Below are positions 45,323 to 59,623 of a stretch of 64,000 nt of DNA, piece after piece. The position numbers and the translations under genes are program-made. Position 1 is the first letter of the stretch, and every line of letters begins with the position of its first letter. The stretch comes from Escherichia coli. GTDB lineage: Bacteria; Pseudomonadota; Gammaproteobacteria; Enterobacterales; Enterobacteriaceae. The stretch lies in NCBI RefSeq assembly GCF_003334765.1, contig NZ_QOWT01000013.1; one strand, written 5' to 3'. Under the pieces are notes generated by a model. That model saw only the letters and a list, made by a program, of their open reading frames with translations, was not told where the DNA came from and ran no database searches.

Positions 45323-46033
45323 TCAGGGCAGATTTTGCTCCTTCTTTGCACTCAACCCGCCGTAATCATTTATCGCCCGCCAGGCGACATGACACGGTGC
45401 GATTGCCTGACACCAGCTTGTCTGACGCTGGCTTTTAGGCGGCACAACTCCCACATTACTTAACGCTTTACCATTTACACTCACCTGAATCAGGTTAATG
45501 TAATAAGGCGTTGGGTTAGTGAGTTGTACACCCTGCGAATTCCGTGTCCAGCGTAATTGTTGATAAGCTTCCAGCGGGTCGCCCGGCAAACCTTCGGGTC
45601 GCCAGAACAGTTTAAATACCGAGCGCATCGCCACTTTTACGCTCTGATTTTCAACTTTGCCGGATGGCACGCTGGCAATGCTTAACTCAAATAGCGTTTC
45701 GCGATCCACAGGCAAGATGTCGCTTTCCGTTCTCAGCAAGCGCAACGTGCCTGTCGTACCGGGCTTCAGGAGAATAAGTGGCGGAGCGGCCAGTAATGGT
45801 GCTGGCACTGTCGACGCTTCCCCCCCGGCCCAACGCGTTGGGCGGTTGATTTTACTGTTAATAAGCCAGGATTCCTGACTGGTATTAGTCAGTAAAATAG
45901 ATATCGATTCTCTGTCTGCCGGAAAGATAAATCGCGTTCCGCCGACCACCACTCCTGCCTGCAATTCACCCGCCACCAGCAGCGATAAAACGGCGAAAAT
46001 CAAGAGCGCCAATCTGTTCCACGTATTAGTCAT
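45323..46033 (-). CDS. ycbF: YcbF periplasmic pilus chaperone (PapD-like)
   Basis: ORF-track frame 45323..46060 trimmed to Met-10 (236 aa); signal peptide; chaperone-usher family chaperone. Confidence 0.8.
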   Translation of the reverse strand: MTNTWNRLALLIFAVLSLLVAGELQAGVVVGGTRFIFPADRESISILLTNTSQESWLINSKINRPTRWAGGEASTVPAPLLAAPPLILLKPGTTGTLRLLRTESDILPVDRETLFELSIASVPSGKVENQSVKVAMRSVFKLFWRPEGLPGDPLEAYQQLRWTRNSQGVQLTNPTPYYINLIQVSVNGKALSNVGVVPPKSQRQTSWCQAIAPCHVAWRAINDYGGLSAKKEQNLP

Positions 46034-46541
46034 AATGAAGTACAAATGTCGCGCTGGCATTCACTTTACCCGACTGCACATCGCTATTGACAGGTCGCAA
46101 TTGCGCATAAAAAGTTAATGGCACCTTACCGCTATGTAGGCTGTAGTCTTTACTCGCCTGGTTAAGCGGAATCAATATCTTCGCATCATCCAGAATCGCA
46201 ATTGCCAGCCCGCTGGCTGCATCCGTACCACTTTCAATGGACAACATTTCGCTCTGCACTCCGTCGGGGGTTCCTGAAAAGGTGACGTCAACCGTGCTGA
46301 CATCTGTTCCGCAATCCTGCAAATTAATGATGAAAGATTTCTCCGGGCCATAATTCCCATGAGAAAAACGTGTCAGCGAGACATCGCCTAACTGCACATT
46401 GATTTGCTTGCTATCCTGTGCCAGCACGCATGTATTACGGCGAAACGATCCGCTAATGTTGACCGTGCCATCATGGGCAAATAGCTCACAGCCCCACGTT
46501 AATCCCAATAAGAACAGAATCCAGATTATCCGTTTCAACAT
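46026..46541 (-). CDS. ycbV: YcbV fimbrial-like subunit
   Basis: ORF-track frame 46026..46589 trimmed to Met-17 (171 aa) with AGGAG upstream; signal peptide; stop overlaps ycbF start by 8 nt. Confidence 0.75.
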   Translation of the reverse strand: MLKRIIWILFLLGLTWGCELFAHDGTVNISGSFRRNTCVLAQDSKQINVQLGDVSLTRFSHGNYGPEKSFIINLQDCGTDVSTVDVTFSGTPDGVQSEMLSIESGTDAASGLAIAILDDAKILIPLNQASKDYSLHSGKVPLTFYAQLRPVNSDVQSGKVNASATFVLHYD

Positions 46542-46548
46542 CACTCCT

Positions 46549-47091
46549 TCACTGGTAAACCAGATCAAAATAGAGAACCGCCGTCGCATTACCGCCCGTT
46601 GCTCCCGCCTTTGTGGACTTATAACGAAGTTGATATTTGAGTGTGTTATCCCCGGCTTTTAAGGGCGTAAGAGGCTGGACCTGATTGAGCGGGATTTCTT
46701 GCTGACTTTGCGCATCAAGAATTTGCACGGCAATCCCCGTTGCCATACCACCGCTTCCGCCTGTGTCAGTTAGTTTGAGCAGTGTCGGCGCAAGGGTGTC
46801 AGCCTCGCCGCTAAAAAGGACGTCCGCGCCAGTAATACCAGCGGCACAACCGGTGATATCGATATTCAAATCAGCAGCAGTGCTTACGGTATTCGCGGCC
46901 TGAAAATCACTGATATTAAAATCACCAATATGAATATTTTGTAATGCACTTTTGGTGGCGACATCACAGCCCTGATCGACCACATTCCCATAAATATGCA
47001 TACTAACTTGTTCAGGCCCAGCCATCCCGACATGGATGTTAAGAATGCTAAAGAACAAGATAACGCACTGAAATATCGTTTTTTTCTTCAT
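46549..47091 (-). CDS. ycbU: YcbU fimbrial-like subunit
   Basis: ORF track 46549..47091, 180 aa; signal peptide, C-terminal pilin-like beta-strand (VLYFDLVYQ). Confidence 0.8.
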   Translation of the reverse strand: MKKKTIFQCVILFFSILNIHVGMAGPEQVSMHIYGNVVDQGCDVATKSALQNIHIGDFNISDFQAANTVSTAADLNIDITGCAAGITGADVLFSGEADTLAPTLLKLTDTGGSGGMATGIAVQILDAQSQQEIPLNQVQPLTPLKAGDNTLKYQLRYKSTKAGATGGNATAVLYFDLVYQ

Positions 47092-47102
47092 ACGTTCACG
47101 CG

Positions 47103-50764
<3,662 letters not shown>

Positions 50765-50788
50765 CTCGCTCTCTTAACTGAAGACGGC

Positions 50789-51490
50789 TTACGATTTACA
50801 GTTGAGTTGCGGCGTTTCCGCCCCGTAGTCATTGATGGTTCGATACGTTACGCTGCTATTTTTGGCCCCCTTTGGCAGAGAAAATTGGTATTTATCAAAG
50901 GGGGAAATCATTTGATTTTTAACTACTTTTCCACCTATTTTCAGGTCTGTCAGGGTAATGAAATAAGGTGTTGGGTTACTGACCGTAACCATGTCAGCTG
51001 ACGAAGTGCAACGCAGTTTCGCCGGAGCCTCGCCTAAGGGATACGCTAAACCTTTTGGTCGCCAGAAAAGTTTGATGACGCTTTGTGTGGCAATCTTCAG
51101 GGTATTTCCCTCTTTCCGCTTCGTTGTTGAAGGGACTGCCCGTACGCTAGTGAAGAAAAGGGTTTCTCTGTCTTTCGCCAACGGCGCTCCAATGTACATA
51201 ATGCGTAACAGATTCTCATTTGCCGGATTCAGCACAAATAGCGGTGGTGTAATAATAAAGTCTGCTGATTTTTTATTATCTGGGGTCATCACCCATGACT
51301 GAATAAGATAAGGAACATCCGGACTGGTGTTACGTACACCCAGTGAAATTTGCTCTTCACCTTCTGAATAAACAAGACGTGTTGCTGCAAGTCCAATCCC
51401 GCCTTTACCTGCCGCCCATGCGGATGAGCAGCTGAGTAATATTGCCGTTAAACTTACGGTCACAATTCCCTTTGTTATGCAAGTTTTCAT
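50789..51490 (-). CDS. elfD: ElfD (YcbR) periplasmic fimbrial chaperone
   Basis: ORF track 50789..51490, 233 aa; PapD-like chaperone. Confidence 0.85.
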   Translation of the reverse strand: MKTCITKGIVTVSLTAILLSCSSAWAAGKGGIGLAATRLVYSEGEEQISLGVRNTSPDVPYLIQSWVMTPDNKKSADFIITPPLFVLNPANENLLRIMYIGAPLAKDRETLFFTSVRAVPSTTKRKEGNTLKIATQSVIKLFWRPKGLAYPLGEAPAKLRCTSSADMVTVSNPTPYFITLTDLKIGGKVVKNQMISPFDKYQFSLPKGAKNSSVTYRTINDYGAETPQLNCKS

Positions 51491-51572
51491 AAATAGTCAC
51501 TCTTAAAAAATATGAATATCCCCTCCAGAACACTGGAGGGGTACTAATTAATAAAACAATTAATGAGTTCTA

Positions 51573-52112
51573 TTAATAATAGTTAATATGGAAATTTGTT
51601 ACCGCATTCACATTACCTGAAGTCGCTTTCCCCGTAGCGATATAATCAACTTTAAAAGTCAACGTCTGATCTCCATCCTGCAACAAAATGTTCCCGGTTT
51701 CTGTGTCTGGCGTGATGGCCGTTGTACCATCATTCATATACATTTGCAGGGCCACGTTTGTAGCAGCATCAGATGAGGCCTGGTTAGCAAACGCTGTAAT
51801 CTGAGTAGTATCCGCAGTGCCATTAAAGGTGAACGTTGCATTTTTTGTTACGGTAGTATCACAATCTTTTAATTCAATTGGCACATCAATTTGCACGCCA
51901 GAAACCTGACCATTGGTTTGCAACTTCGTGGCACTAACATCTGGCAAAGTCACCACGGAATCTTTCGTCGCAGCTACCAGGGTACAAGCTGGAGCAATAA
52001 CTTTACCATTAAATGTTACTGAGCCATCCGTGATAGCATTATCATCAGCAGCCATAACGCTGGACGTTGCACATACCACAGTTATAAACGCCGTCAATAC
52101 ACTTTTTTTCAT
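51573..52112 (-). CDS. elfA: ElfA (YcbQ) major fimbrial subunit
   Basis: ORF-track frame 51573..52121 trimmed to Met-4 (179 aa); signal peptide; C-terminal pilin-like strand (VTNFHINYY). Confidence 0.8.
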   Translation of the reverse strand: MKKSVLTAFITVVCATSSVMAADDNAITDGSVTFNGKVIAPACTLVAATKDSVVTLPDVSATKLQTNGQVSGVQIDVPIELKDCDTTVTKNATFTFNGTADTTQITAFANQASSDAATNVALQMYMNDGTTAITPDTETGNILLQDGDQTLTFKVDYIATGKATSGNVNAVTNFHINYY

Positions 52113-52467
52113 CGTTATCATCCTGATCTCTTCGTAAATATGATAATGCCTTTAAATGACATTAGACTTAATAATAACAATAATTGTCCGCCATTTAAAT
52201 CAAGCATACTAAATCCAATAAGTGACAAATCTTTAATTTATAGATTTCATGAATATTTAAATATTAACTGAACGAGTAATTCATTGATTCAACATCTAAT
52301 GACTATCCGATAAATAAATATGCGTGATATATAAAGCCCTTTCTTTAGTTTATTTTCAGAAAAAGATACACAAAATTTATATTTGGAATTTTCTTGTCTC
52401 TCCGACAGACTGACCGAATTGTTATCAATGTTAACAAAAAAAGAACAATTGGTTATAAGGAGAGAGT

Positions 52468-53043
52468 ATGCGTGTCATCACCCTGGCGGGTAGTCCTCGC
52501 TTTCCTTCTCGCTCCAGCTCCTTGCTGGAATATGCGCGGGAAAAACTAAATGGCCTGGATGTAGAGGTTTATCACTGGAATCTGCAAAACTTCGCCCCGG
52601 AAGATCTACTTTATGCTCGTTTCGATAGTCCGGCACTCAAGACCTTCACCGAACAGCTGCAACAGGCCGATGGGCTGATTGTCGCCACGCCTGTGTATAA
52701 AGCCGCCTATTCCGGTGCGTTGAAAACCCTGCTCGACCTGCTGCCAGAACGCGCTTTGCAAGGCAAAGTGGTGCTACCGCTGGCGACGGGCGGTACCGTG
52801 GCCCATCTGCTGGCGGTCGATTATGCCCTTAAACCAGTTTTAAGCGCACTGAAAGCTCAGGAGATCCTGCACGGCGTGTTTGCCGATGACTCACAAGTAA
52901 TTGATTACCATCACAGACCCCAGTTCACGCCAAATCTGCAAACCCGTCTTGATACCGCGCTAGAAACTTTCTGGCAGGCATTGCACCGCCGCGATGTTCA
53001 GGTTCCTGACCTTCTGTCTCTGCGAGGTAATGCCCATGCGTAA
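52468..53043 (+). CDS. ssuE: SsuE NAD(P)H-dependent FMN reductase
   Basis: ORF track 52468..53043, 191 aa, AAGGAGAG RBS. Confidence 0.9.
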   Translation: MRVITLAGSPRFPSRSSSLLEYAREKLNGLDVEVYHWNLQNFAPEDLLYARFDSPALKTFTEQLQQADGLIVATPVYKAAYSGALKTLLDLLPERALQGKVVLPLATGGTVAHLLAVDYALKPVLSALKAQEILHGVFADDSQVIDYHHRPQFTPNLQTRLDTALETFWQALHRRDVQVPDLLSLRGNAHA

Positions 53044-53995
53044 CATCATTAAACTGGCGCTGGCGGGATTGCTTAGCGTCTCTACTTTTGCGGTTGCTGC
53101 AGAATCCTCGCCTGAAGCGTTACGTATAGGCTATCAGAAAGGCAGTATTGGTATGGTGCTGGCAAAAAGCCACCAGTTACTGGAAAAACGCTATCCGGAA
53201 TCAAAAATCTCCTGGGTGGAGTTCCCCGCGGGTCCGCAAATGTTGGAAGCGTTAAACGTTGGCAGTATTGATCTCGGCAGTACCGGGGATATTCCGCCAA
53301 TCTTTGCCCAGGCTGCCGGGGCTGATTTGGTGTACGTGGGCGTCGAGCCACCGAAGCCCAAAGCCGAAGTGATTCTGGTGGCAGAAAACAGCCCGATCAA
53401 AACCGTAGCCGATCTTAAAGGTCACAAAGTTGCCTTTCAGAAAGGTTCCAGTTCACACAACCTTTTACTGCGTGCACTGCGTCAGGCCGGACTTAAGTTT
53501 ACCGATATCCAACCCACTTACCTGACGCCCGCTGATGCCCGCGCCGCGTTCCAGCAAGGTAACGTTGACGCCTGGGCTATCTGGGATCCCTACTACTCTG
53601 CTGCATTATTACAGGGCGGCGTGCGGGTGCTGAAAGACGGCACCGATCTCAATCAAACTGGATCGTTTTATCTGGCAGCTCGTCCCTATGCAGAAAAAAA
53701 CGGCGCTTTTATTCAGGGCGTACTGGCAACCTTTAGTGAGGCCGATGCGTTAACCCGCAGCCAGCGCGAGCAAAGCATCGCTTTACTGGCAAAAACGATG
53801 GGCTTACCGGCACCGGTGATTGCCTCTTACTTAGATCATCGCCCTCCTACCACCATCAAACCGGTTAACGCCGAGGTTGCCGCCTTACAGCAGCAAACGG
53901 CAGATCTGTTTTATGAAAATCGTCTGGTGCCGAAAAAAGTCGATATTCGCCAGCGCATCTGGCAGCCCACTCAACTGGAAGGAAAACAATTATGA
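53036..53995 (+). CDS. ssuA: SsuA periplasmic aliphatic-sulfonate binding protein
   Basis: ORF-track frame 52994..53995 trimmed to Met-15 (319 aa); signal peptide; 8-nt overlap with ssuE. Confidence 0.9.
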
Positions 53996-55137
53996 GTCTG
54001 AATATGTTCTGGTTTTTACCGACCCACGGTGACGGGCATTATCTGGGAACGGAAGAAGGTTCACGCCCGGTTGATCACGGTTATCTGCAACAAATTGCGC
54101 AAGCGGCGGATCGTCTTGGCTATACCGGTGTGCTAATTCCAACGGGGCGCTCCTGCGAAGATGCGTGGCTGGTTGCCGCATCGATGATCCCGGTGACGCA
54201 GCGGCTGAAGTTTCTTGTCGCCCTGCGTCCCAGCGTAACCTCACCTACCGTTGCCGCCCGCCAGGCCGCCACGCTTGACCGTCTCTCAAATGGACGTGCG
54301 TTGTTTAACCTGGTCACAGGCAGCGATCCACAAGAGCTGGCAGGCGACGGAGTGTTCCTTGATCATAGCGAGCGCTACGAAGCCTCGGCGGAATTTACCC
54401 AGGTCTGGCGGCGTTTATTGCAGAGAGAAACCGTCGATTTCAACGGTAAACATATTCATGTGCGCGGAGCAAAACTGCTCTTCCCGGCGATTCAACAGCC
54501 GTATCCGCCACTTTACTTTGGCGGATCGTCAGATGTCGCCCAGGAGCTGGCGGCAGAACAGGTTGATCTCTACCTCACCTGGGGCGAACCGCCGGAACTG
54601 GTTAAAGAGAAAATCGAACAAGTGCGGGCGAAAGCTGCCGCGCATGGACGCAAAATTCGTTTCGGTATTCGTCTGCATGTGATTGTTCGTGAAACTAACG
54701 ACGAAGCGTGGCAGGCCGCCGAGCGGTTAATCTCGCATCTTGATGATGAAACTATCGCCAAAGCACAGGCCGCATTCGCCCGGACGGATTCCGTAGGGCA
54801 ACAGCGAATGGCGGCGTTACATAACGGCAAGCGCGACAATCTGGAGATCAGCCCCAATTTATGGGCGGGCGTTGGCTTAGTGCGCGGCGGTGCCGGGACG
54901 GCGCTGGTGGGCGATGGTCCTACGGTCGCTGCGCGAATCAACGAATATGCCGCGCTTGGCATCGACAGTTTTGTGCTTTCGGGCTATCCGCATCTGGAAG
55001 AAGCGTATCGGGTTGGCGAGTTGCTGTTCCCGCTTCTGGATGTCGCCATCCCGGAAATTCCCCAGCCGCAGCCGCTGAATCCGCAAGGCGAAGCGGTGGC
55101 GAATGATTTTATCCCCCGTAAAGTCGCGCAAAGCTAA
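53992..55137 (+). CDS. ssuD: SsuD FMNH2-dependent alkanesulfonate monooxygenase
   Basis: ORF track 53992..55137, 381 aa; 4-nt overlap with ssuA. Confidence 0.9.
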
Positions 55138-55147
55138 GGAAGAAATA

Positions 55148-55939
55148 ATGGCAACGCCAGTGAAGAAGTGGTTATTGCGCGTTGCCCCCTGGTTTTTACC
55201 GGTGGGCATCGTGGCGGTGTGGCAACTGGCCTCCTCGGTTGGCTGGCTGTCGACGCGTATTTTGCCTTCACCGGAAGGAGTGGTGACGGCGTTCTGGACG
55301 CTCTCCGCCAGCGGCGAACTGTGGCAGCATCTGGCGATCAGCTCCTGGCGGGCGCTGATTGGCTTTTCAATTGGCGGATCGCTGGGGTTGATTTTGGGAC
55401 TGATTAGCGGGCTATCTCGCTGGGGAGAACGGCTGCTGGATACCTCAATTCAGATGTTGCGCAACGTGCCGCATCTGGCGCTGATCCCGCTGGTGATTTT
55501 GTGGTTTGGCATTGATGAATCCGCAAAAATCTTTCTGGTGGCGCTCGGTACGCTATTCCCCATTTATATCAACACCTGGCATGGCATCCGTAATATCGAT
55601 CGCGGGTTGGTGGAGATGGCGCGTAGCTATGGATTATCCGGCATACCGCTGTTTATCCATGTGATCCTGCCTGGTGCCCTGCCCTCAATTATGGTCGGCG
55701 TGCGTTTTGCGTTGGGCCTGATGTGGCTGACGCTGATTGTTGCCGAAACCATTTCTGCCAATTCAGGCATTGGTTATCTGGCGATGAATGCGCGGGAGTT
55801 TTTGCAAACGGACGTGGTGGTAGTCGCTATTATTCTTTACGCCCTGCTCGGCAAACTGGCTGACGTCAGCGCGCAGCTGTTAGAGCGCCTCTGGTTGCGC
55901 TGGAACCCGGCTTATCATTTGAAGGAGGCCACGGTATGA
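55148..55939 (+). CDS. ssuC: SsuC aliphatic-sulfonate ABC transporter permease
   Basis: ORF-track frame 55103..55939 trimmed to Met-16 (263 aa); polytopic membrane protein. Confidence 0.9.
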
Positions 55940-56703
55940 ATACTGCTCGTCTGAACCAGGGCACGCCATTGTTGCTCAATGCAGTAAGCAAACATTACGC
56001 GGAAAATATCGTCCTGAACCAACTGGATTTACATATTCCGGCAGGTCAGTTTGTGGCGGTGGTGGGCCGCAGCGGTGGTGGCAAAAGTACCCTGCTGCGC
56101 CTGCTGGCAGGTCTGGAAACGCCAACCGCAGGCGATGTGTTAGCGGGCACCACACCGCTGGCTGAAATTCAGGAAGACACGCGAATGATGTTTCAGGATG
56201 CGCGTCTGCTACCGTGGAAATCGGTGATTGATAACGTTGGGTTAGGCCTTAAAGGCCAGTGGCGCGATGCCGCACGTCGAGCGTTGGCTGCGGTAGGACT
56301 GGAGAATCGCGCAGGGGAATGGCCTGCCGCACTTTCTGGCGGGCAGAAACAGCGAGTGGCGCTGGCAAGAGCGTTGATTCATCGACCGGGATTATTGTTG
56401 CTTGATGAACCGCTCGGGGCGCTGGACGCCTTAACGCGACTCGAGATGCAGGATTTGATTGTGTCACTTTGGCAGGAGCACGGCTTTACCGTACTGTTGG
56501 TGACGCATGATGTGAGCGAAGCGGTAGCGATGGCTGACCGGGTGCTGTTAATTGAAGAGGGAAAAATTGGTCTGGATTTGACAGTGGATATCCCCCGTCC
56601 GCGTCGATTAGGGTCGGTGCGATTAGCGGAGCTGGAAGCGGAGGTGTTGCAACGGGTGATGCAACGTGGTGAATCTGAAACTCGCCTGAGAAAACAGGGG
56701 TAA
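55936..56703 (+). CDS. ssuB: SsuB aliphatic-sulfonate ABC transporter ATP-binding protein
   Basis: ORF track 55936..56703, 255 aa; Walker [18 protein letters not shown] signature; 4-nt overlap with ssuC. Confidence 0.9.
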
Positions 56704-56745
56704 ATTCCCCGAATGGCGGCGCTATTGCCGCCATTCGGTTATTTA

Positions 56746-59358
56746 TCAAGCCAGTGCTTTAGTTATCTTCTCGTACAGATCGCCAGAGAGATTTTCCAGC
56801 CCTTTCAACTGTTCCAGCGCCGCGCGCATTTTCTCCTGACGTTTGGCATCGTAACGTTTCAGGCGAATCAGCGGTTCAATCAGACGTGAAGCCACCTGCG
56901 GGTTACGGCTGTTGAGGTCGGTAAGCATTTCCACCAGGAACAGGTAACCGCTGCCATCTTCGGCATGGAACGCTGCCGGATTGCTGCCCGCAAACGCGCC
57001 AATCAACGAACGAATACGGTTCGGGTTGCTCATGGTAAATGAGCGATGCTGCAACAGGCCGCGCACCGTCTCCAGCACATTCGCCGCCGGGCTGGTGGCT
57101 TGCAGGATAAACCATTTATCCATCACCAGACCGTTCTGATGCCACTTGTCGTCGTACTCCTGCATCAGCGCGTCACGGCAAGGCAGCTGTGCGGCAACCG
57201 CCGCAGAAAGCGCCGCCAGCGCATCAGTCATATTGTTTGCTTCGTGGAACTGCTTGCTCACCAGCACATCAGCCAGATGCGTTTCACCAAAAGCGAGGAA
57301 ACGCAGGCAGGCATTACGCAGAGTGCGTTTTGCAATATCTTCATGCTCAACACGGTACTCGCTCTGGTAATTCGCGTTGTAAATAGCCAGTAGCTCATCC
57401 GCCAGTTCAGTCGCCAGAGTACGAGTGAGTGCTTCGCGTACTTCGGCAATAGCAATCGGGTCGATGATATCGAACAATTCAGCCATTTCATTGACAGAAG
57501 GCAGCGTCAGGATTTCTGCCGCCAGCGCTGGATCAATCTTCTCATCAAGCAGTACCGCGCGGAAAGCATCAGCCACATGCACCGGCAGAGACAGCGGCTG
57601 ACCTTGCTGATGACGCGCGACGTTCAGCTTGATGTAGGTTGCCAGCAAACTTTGCGCCGCATCCCAGCGGGAGAAATCATTACGCGCATGACGCATCAGG
57701 AAGGTCAGTTGCTGATCGCTCCACTTATATTCCAGTTTCACTGGCGCAGAGAATTCGCACAGCAGCGCAGGCACCGGCTGGAAGTAGACATTATCAAAGA
57801 CAAAGGTCTGTTCCGCCTGAGTGACGTTCAGCACGGAATTCACCGGATGACCGCCTTTCTGCAACGGGATCACTTTGCCTTCGTTATCATACAGTTCGAT
57901 GGCAAACGGAATATGCAGCGGCTGTTTTTCTGCCTGATCCGGCGTGGCTGGCGTGCGCTGGCTGATGGTCAGGGTGTACTGCTCGGTTTCCGGATTGTAG
58001 TCGTCTTTGACGGTCACAATCGGTGTACCGGACTGGCTGTACCAACGGCGGAAATGGGAGAGATCGACATTCGACGCATCTTCCATCGCCTGCACAAAGT
58101 CGTCACAGGTCGCTGCACTACCATCATGACGCTCGAAATAAAGCTGCATCCCTTTCTGGAAGTTTTCTTCGCCAAGCAGGGTGTGGATCATGCGAATCAC
58201 TTCCGCGCCCTTCTCGTAAACGGTCAGGGTGTAGAAGTTGTTCATCTCAATGACCATATCCGGGCGGATCGGGTGCGCCATCGGGCTGGCGTCTTCTGCA
58301 AACTGCAATCCGCGCATGGTGCGTACATTATTGATGCGGTTAACTGCGCGGGAACCAAGGTCAGAGCTGAACTCCTGATCGCGGAAGACGGTTAAACCTT
58401 CTTTCAGGCTGAGCTGGAACCAGTCGCGACAGGTCACTCGGTTACCGGTCCAGTTATGGAAATATTCATGGCCGATAACGCGTTCAATATCGAGGTAATC
58501 TTTGTCGGTGGCGGTGTCGGTGCGGGCCAGCACATATTTGGAGTTAAAGATATTCAGCCCCTTATTCTCCATTGCGCCCATATTGAAGAAATCCACCGCG
58601 ACGATCATATAGATGTCGAGGTCATACTCCAGGCCAAAGCGTTCTTCATCCCATTTCATGGAGTTTTTCAGCGAGGTCATCGCCCACGGCGCGCGATCAA
58701 GGTTGCCGCGATCGACGTACAGCTCCAGTGCTACTTCGCGACCAGAACGCGTGGTAAAGGTATCGCGCAGTACATCAAAGTCGCCTGCCACCAGCGCAAA
58801 CAGGTAGCACGGTTTCGGGAACGGGTCCTGCCACTGTACCCAATGGCGTCCGTTTTCCAGTTCGCCTTGCGCAACGCGGTTACCATTGGAAAGCAGGAAG
58901 GGATATTTGATTTTATCGGCAATAATTTTGGTGGTAAAACGCGCCAGCACGTCCGGGCGGTCGAGATAATACGTAATATGGCGGAAACCTTCGGCTTCAC
59001 ACTGGGTGCAAAGCGCATCGCCTGACTGATAAAGCCCTTCCAGCGCGGTATTCGCCGCCGGGCTTATTTCATTAATGATCTTAAGCGTAAAACGCTCCGG
59101 CAAATTACTGATAACCAGTGCGCCCTCTTCTTCTTTCCAGGCGGTCCACGGCTCATCATTAATATGAACAGAAACCAGTTTGAGGTCTTCGCCGTTGAGA
59201 CGAAGGGGAGCATCTGATGCACCATGACGGACAGCCTGGCTGACCGCGGTAACGACCGTCTTTTGCGCGTCGAGGTCAAAGGTCAAGTCAATATCAGTAA
59301 TCTGGTAATCCGGCGCACGATAATCGTGACGGTATTTGGCTTGTGGCTGTTGAGTCAT
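56746..59358 (-). CDS. pepN: PepN aminopeptidase N
   Basis: ORF track 56746..59358, 870 aa; M1-family zinc motif HEYFHNWTGN. Confidence 0.95.
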   Translation of the reverse strand: MTQQPQAKYRHDYRAPDYQITDIDLTFDLDAQKTVVTAVSQAVRHGASDAPLRLNGEDLKLVSVHINDEPWTAWKEEEGALVISNLPERFTLKIINEISPAANTALEGLYQSGDALCTQCEAEGFRHITYYLDRPDVLARFTTKIIADKIKYPFLLSNGNRVAQGELENGRHWVQWQDPFPKPCYLFALVAGDFDVLRDTFTTRSGREVALELYVDRGNLDRAPWAMTSLKNSMKWDEERFGLEYDLDIYMIVAVDFFNMGAMENKGLNIFNSKYVLARTDTATDKDYLDIERVIGHEYFHNWTGNRVTCRDWFQLSLKEGLTVFRDQEFSSDLGSRAVNRINNVRTMRGLQFAEDASPMAHPIRPDMVIEMNNFYTLTVYEKGAEVIRMIHTLLGEENFQKGMQLYFERHDGSAATCDDFVQAMEDASNVDLSHFRRWYSQSGTPIVTVKDDYNPETEQYTLTISQRTPATPDQAEKQPLHIPFAIELYDNEGKVIPLQKGGHPVNSVLNVTQAEQTFVFDNVYFQPVPALLCEFSAPVKLEYKWSDQQLTFLMRHARNDFSRWDAAQSLLATYIKLNVARHQQGQPLSLPVHVADAFRAVLLDEKIDPALAAEILTLPSVNEMAELFDIIDPIAIAEVREALTRTLATELADELLAIYNANYQSEYRVEHEDIAKRTLRNACLRFLAFGETHLADVLVSKQFHEANNMTDALAALSAAVAAQLPCRDALMQEYDDKWHQNGLVMDKWFILQATSPAANVLETVRGLLQHRSFTMSNPNRIRSLIGAFAGSNPAAFHAEDGSGYLFLVEMLTDLNSRNPQVASRLIEPLIRLKRYDAKRQEKMRAALEQLKGLENLSGDLYEKITKALA

Positions 59359-59576
59359 AAATAACCTTTAGCATCTTTTATAGAGTCTGGTGTTCAGTCT
59401 ATTCCTGTTGCGTAAATCGCGCTATGCAGAATCTTCATCTTTTCAGGTACAAACGCCTTTATTGCTACATTTTTATAACATACACCGCGTAATGCCATCG
59501 ACCAGAAAGGTGGCATATGGTGTGATCGGGGTTCAATAAATTGCGAAACAAGGTATACTCCAGCAGTTCCTGAAGA

Positions 59577-59594
59577 TGTTTATTGTACTAAACG
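59577..59594 (+). promoter_or_regulatory. NadR-box-like palindrome in pncB leader
   Basis: TGTTTA-TTGTAC-TAAACG inverted repeat (TGTTTA-N6-TAAACA-like) downstream of a GTTCAA-17 nt-TATACT promoter candidate (59531-59559). Confidence 0.55.
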
Positions 59595-59623
59595 CTCCTG
59601 TACGAGGACGCTACTGCGCACCT

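Noticed and set aside
57577-58395. 272-aa plus-strand ORF antisense to pepN (and similar antisense ORFs inside pqiB 36119..36790, rlmL 40472..41083, fabA 33390..33899)
   Set aside because: Located entirely within well-supported genes on the opposite strand; no Shine-Dalgarno; translations are low-complexity and Arg/His-rich, typical of spurious antisense frames.
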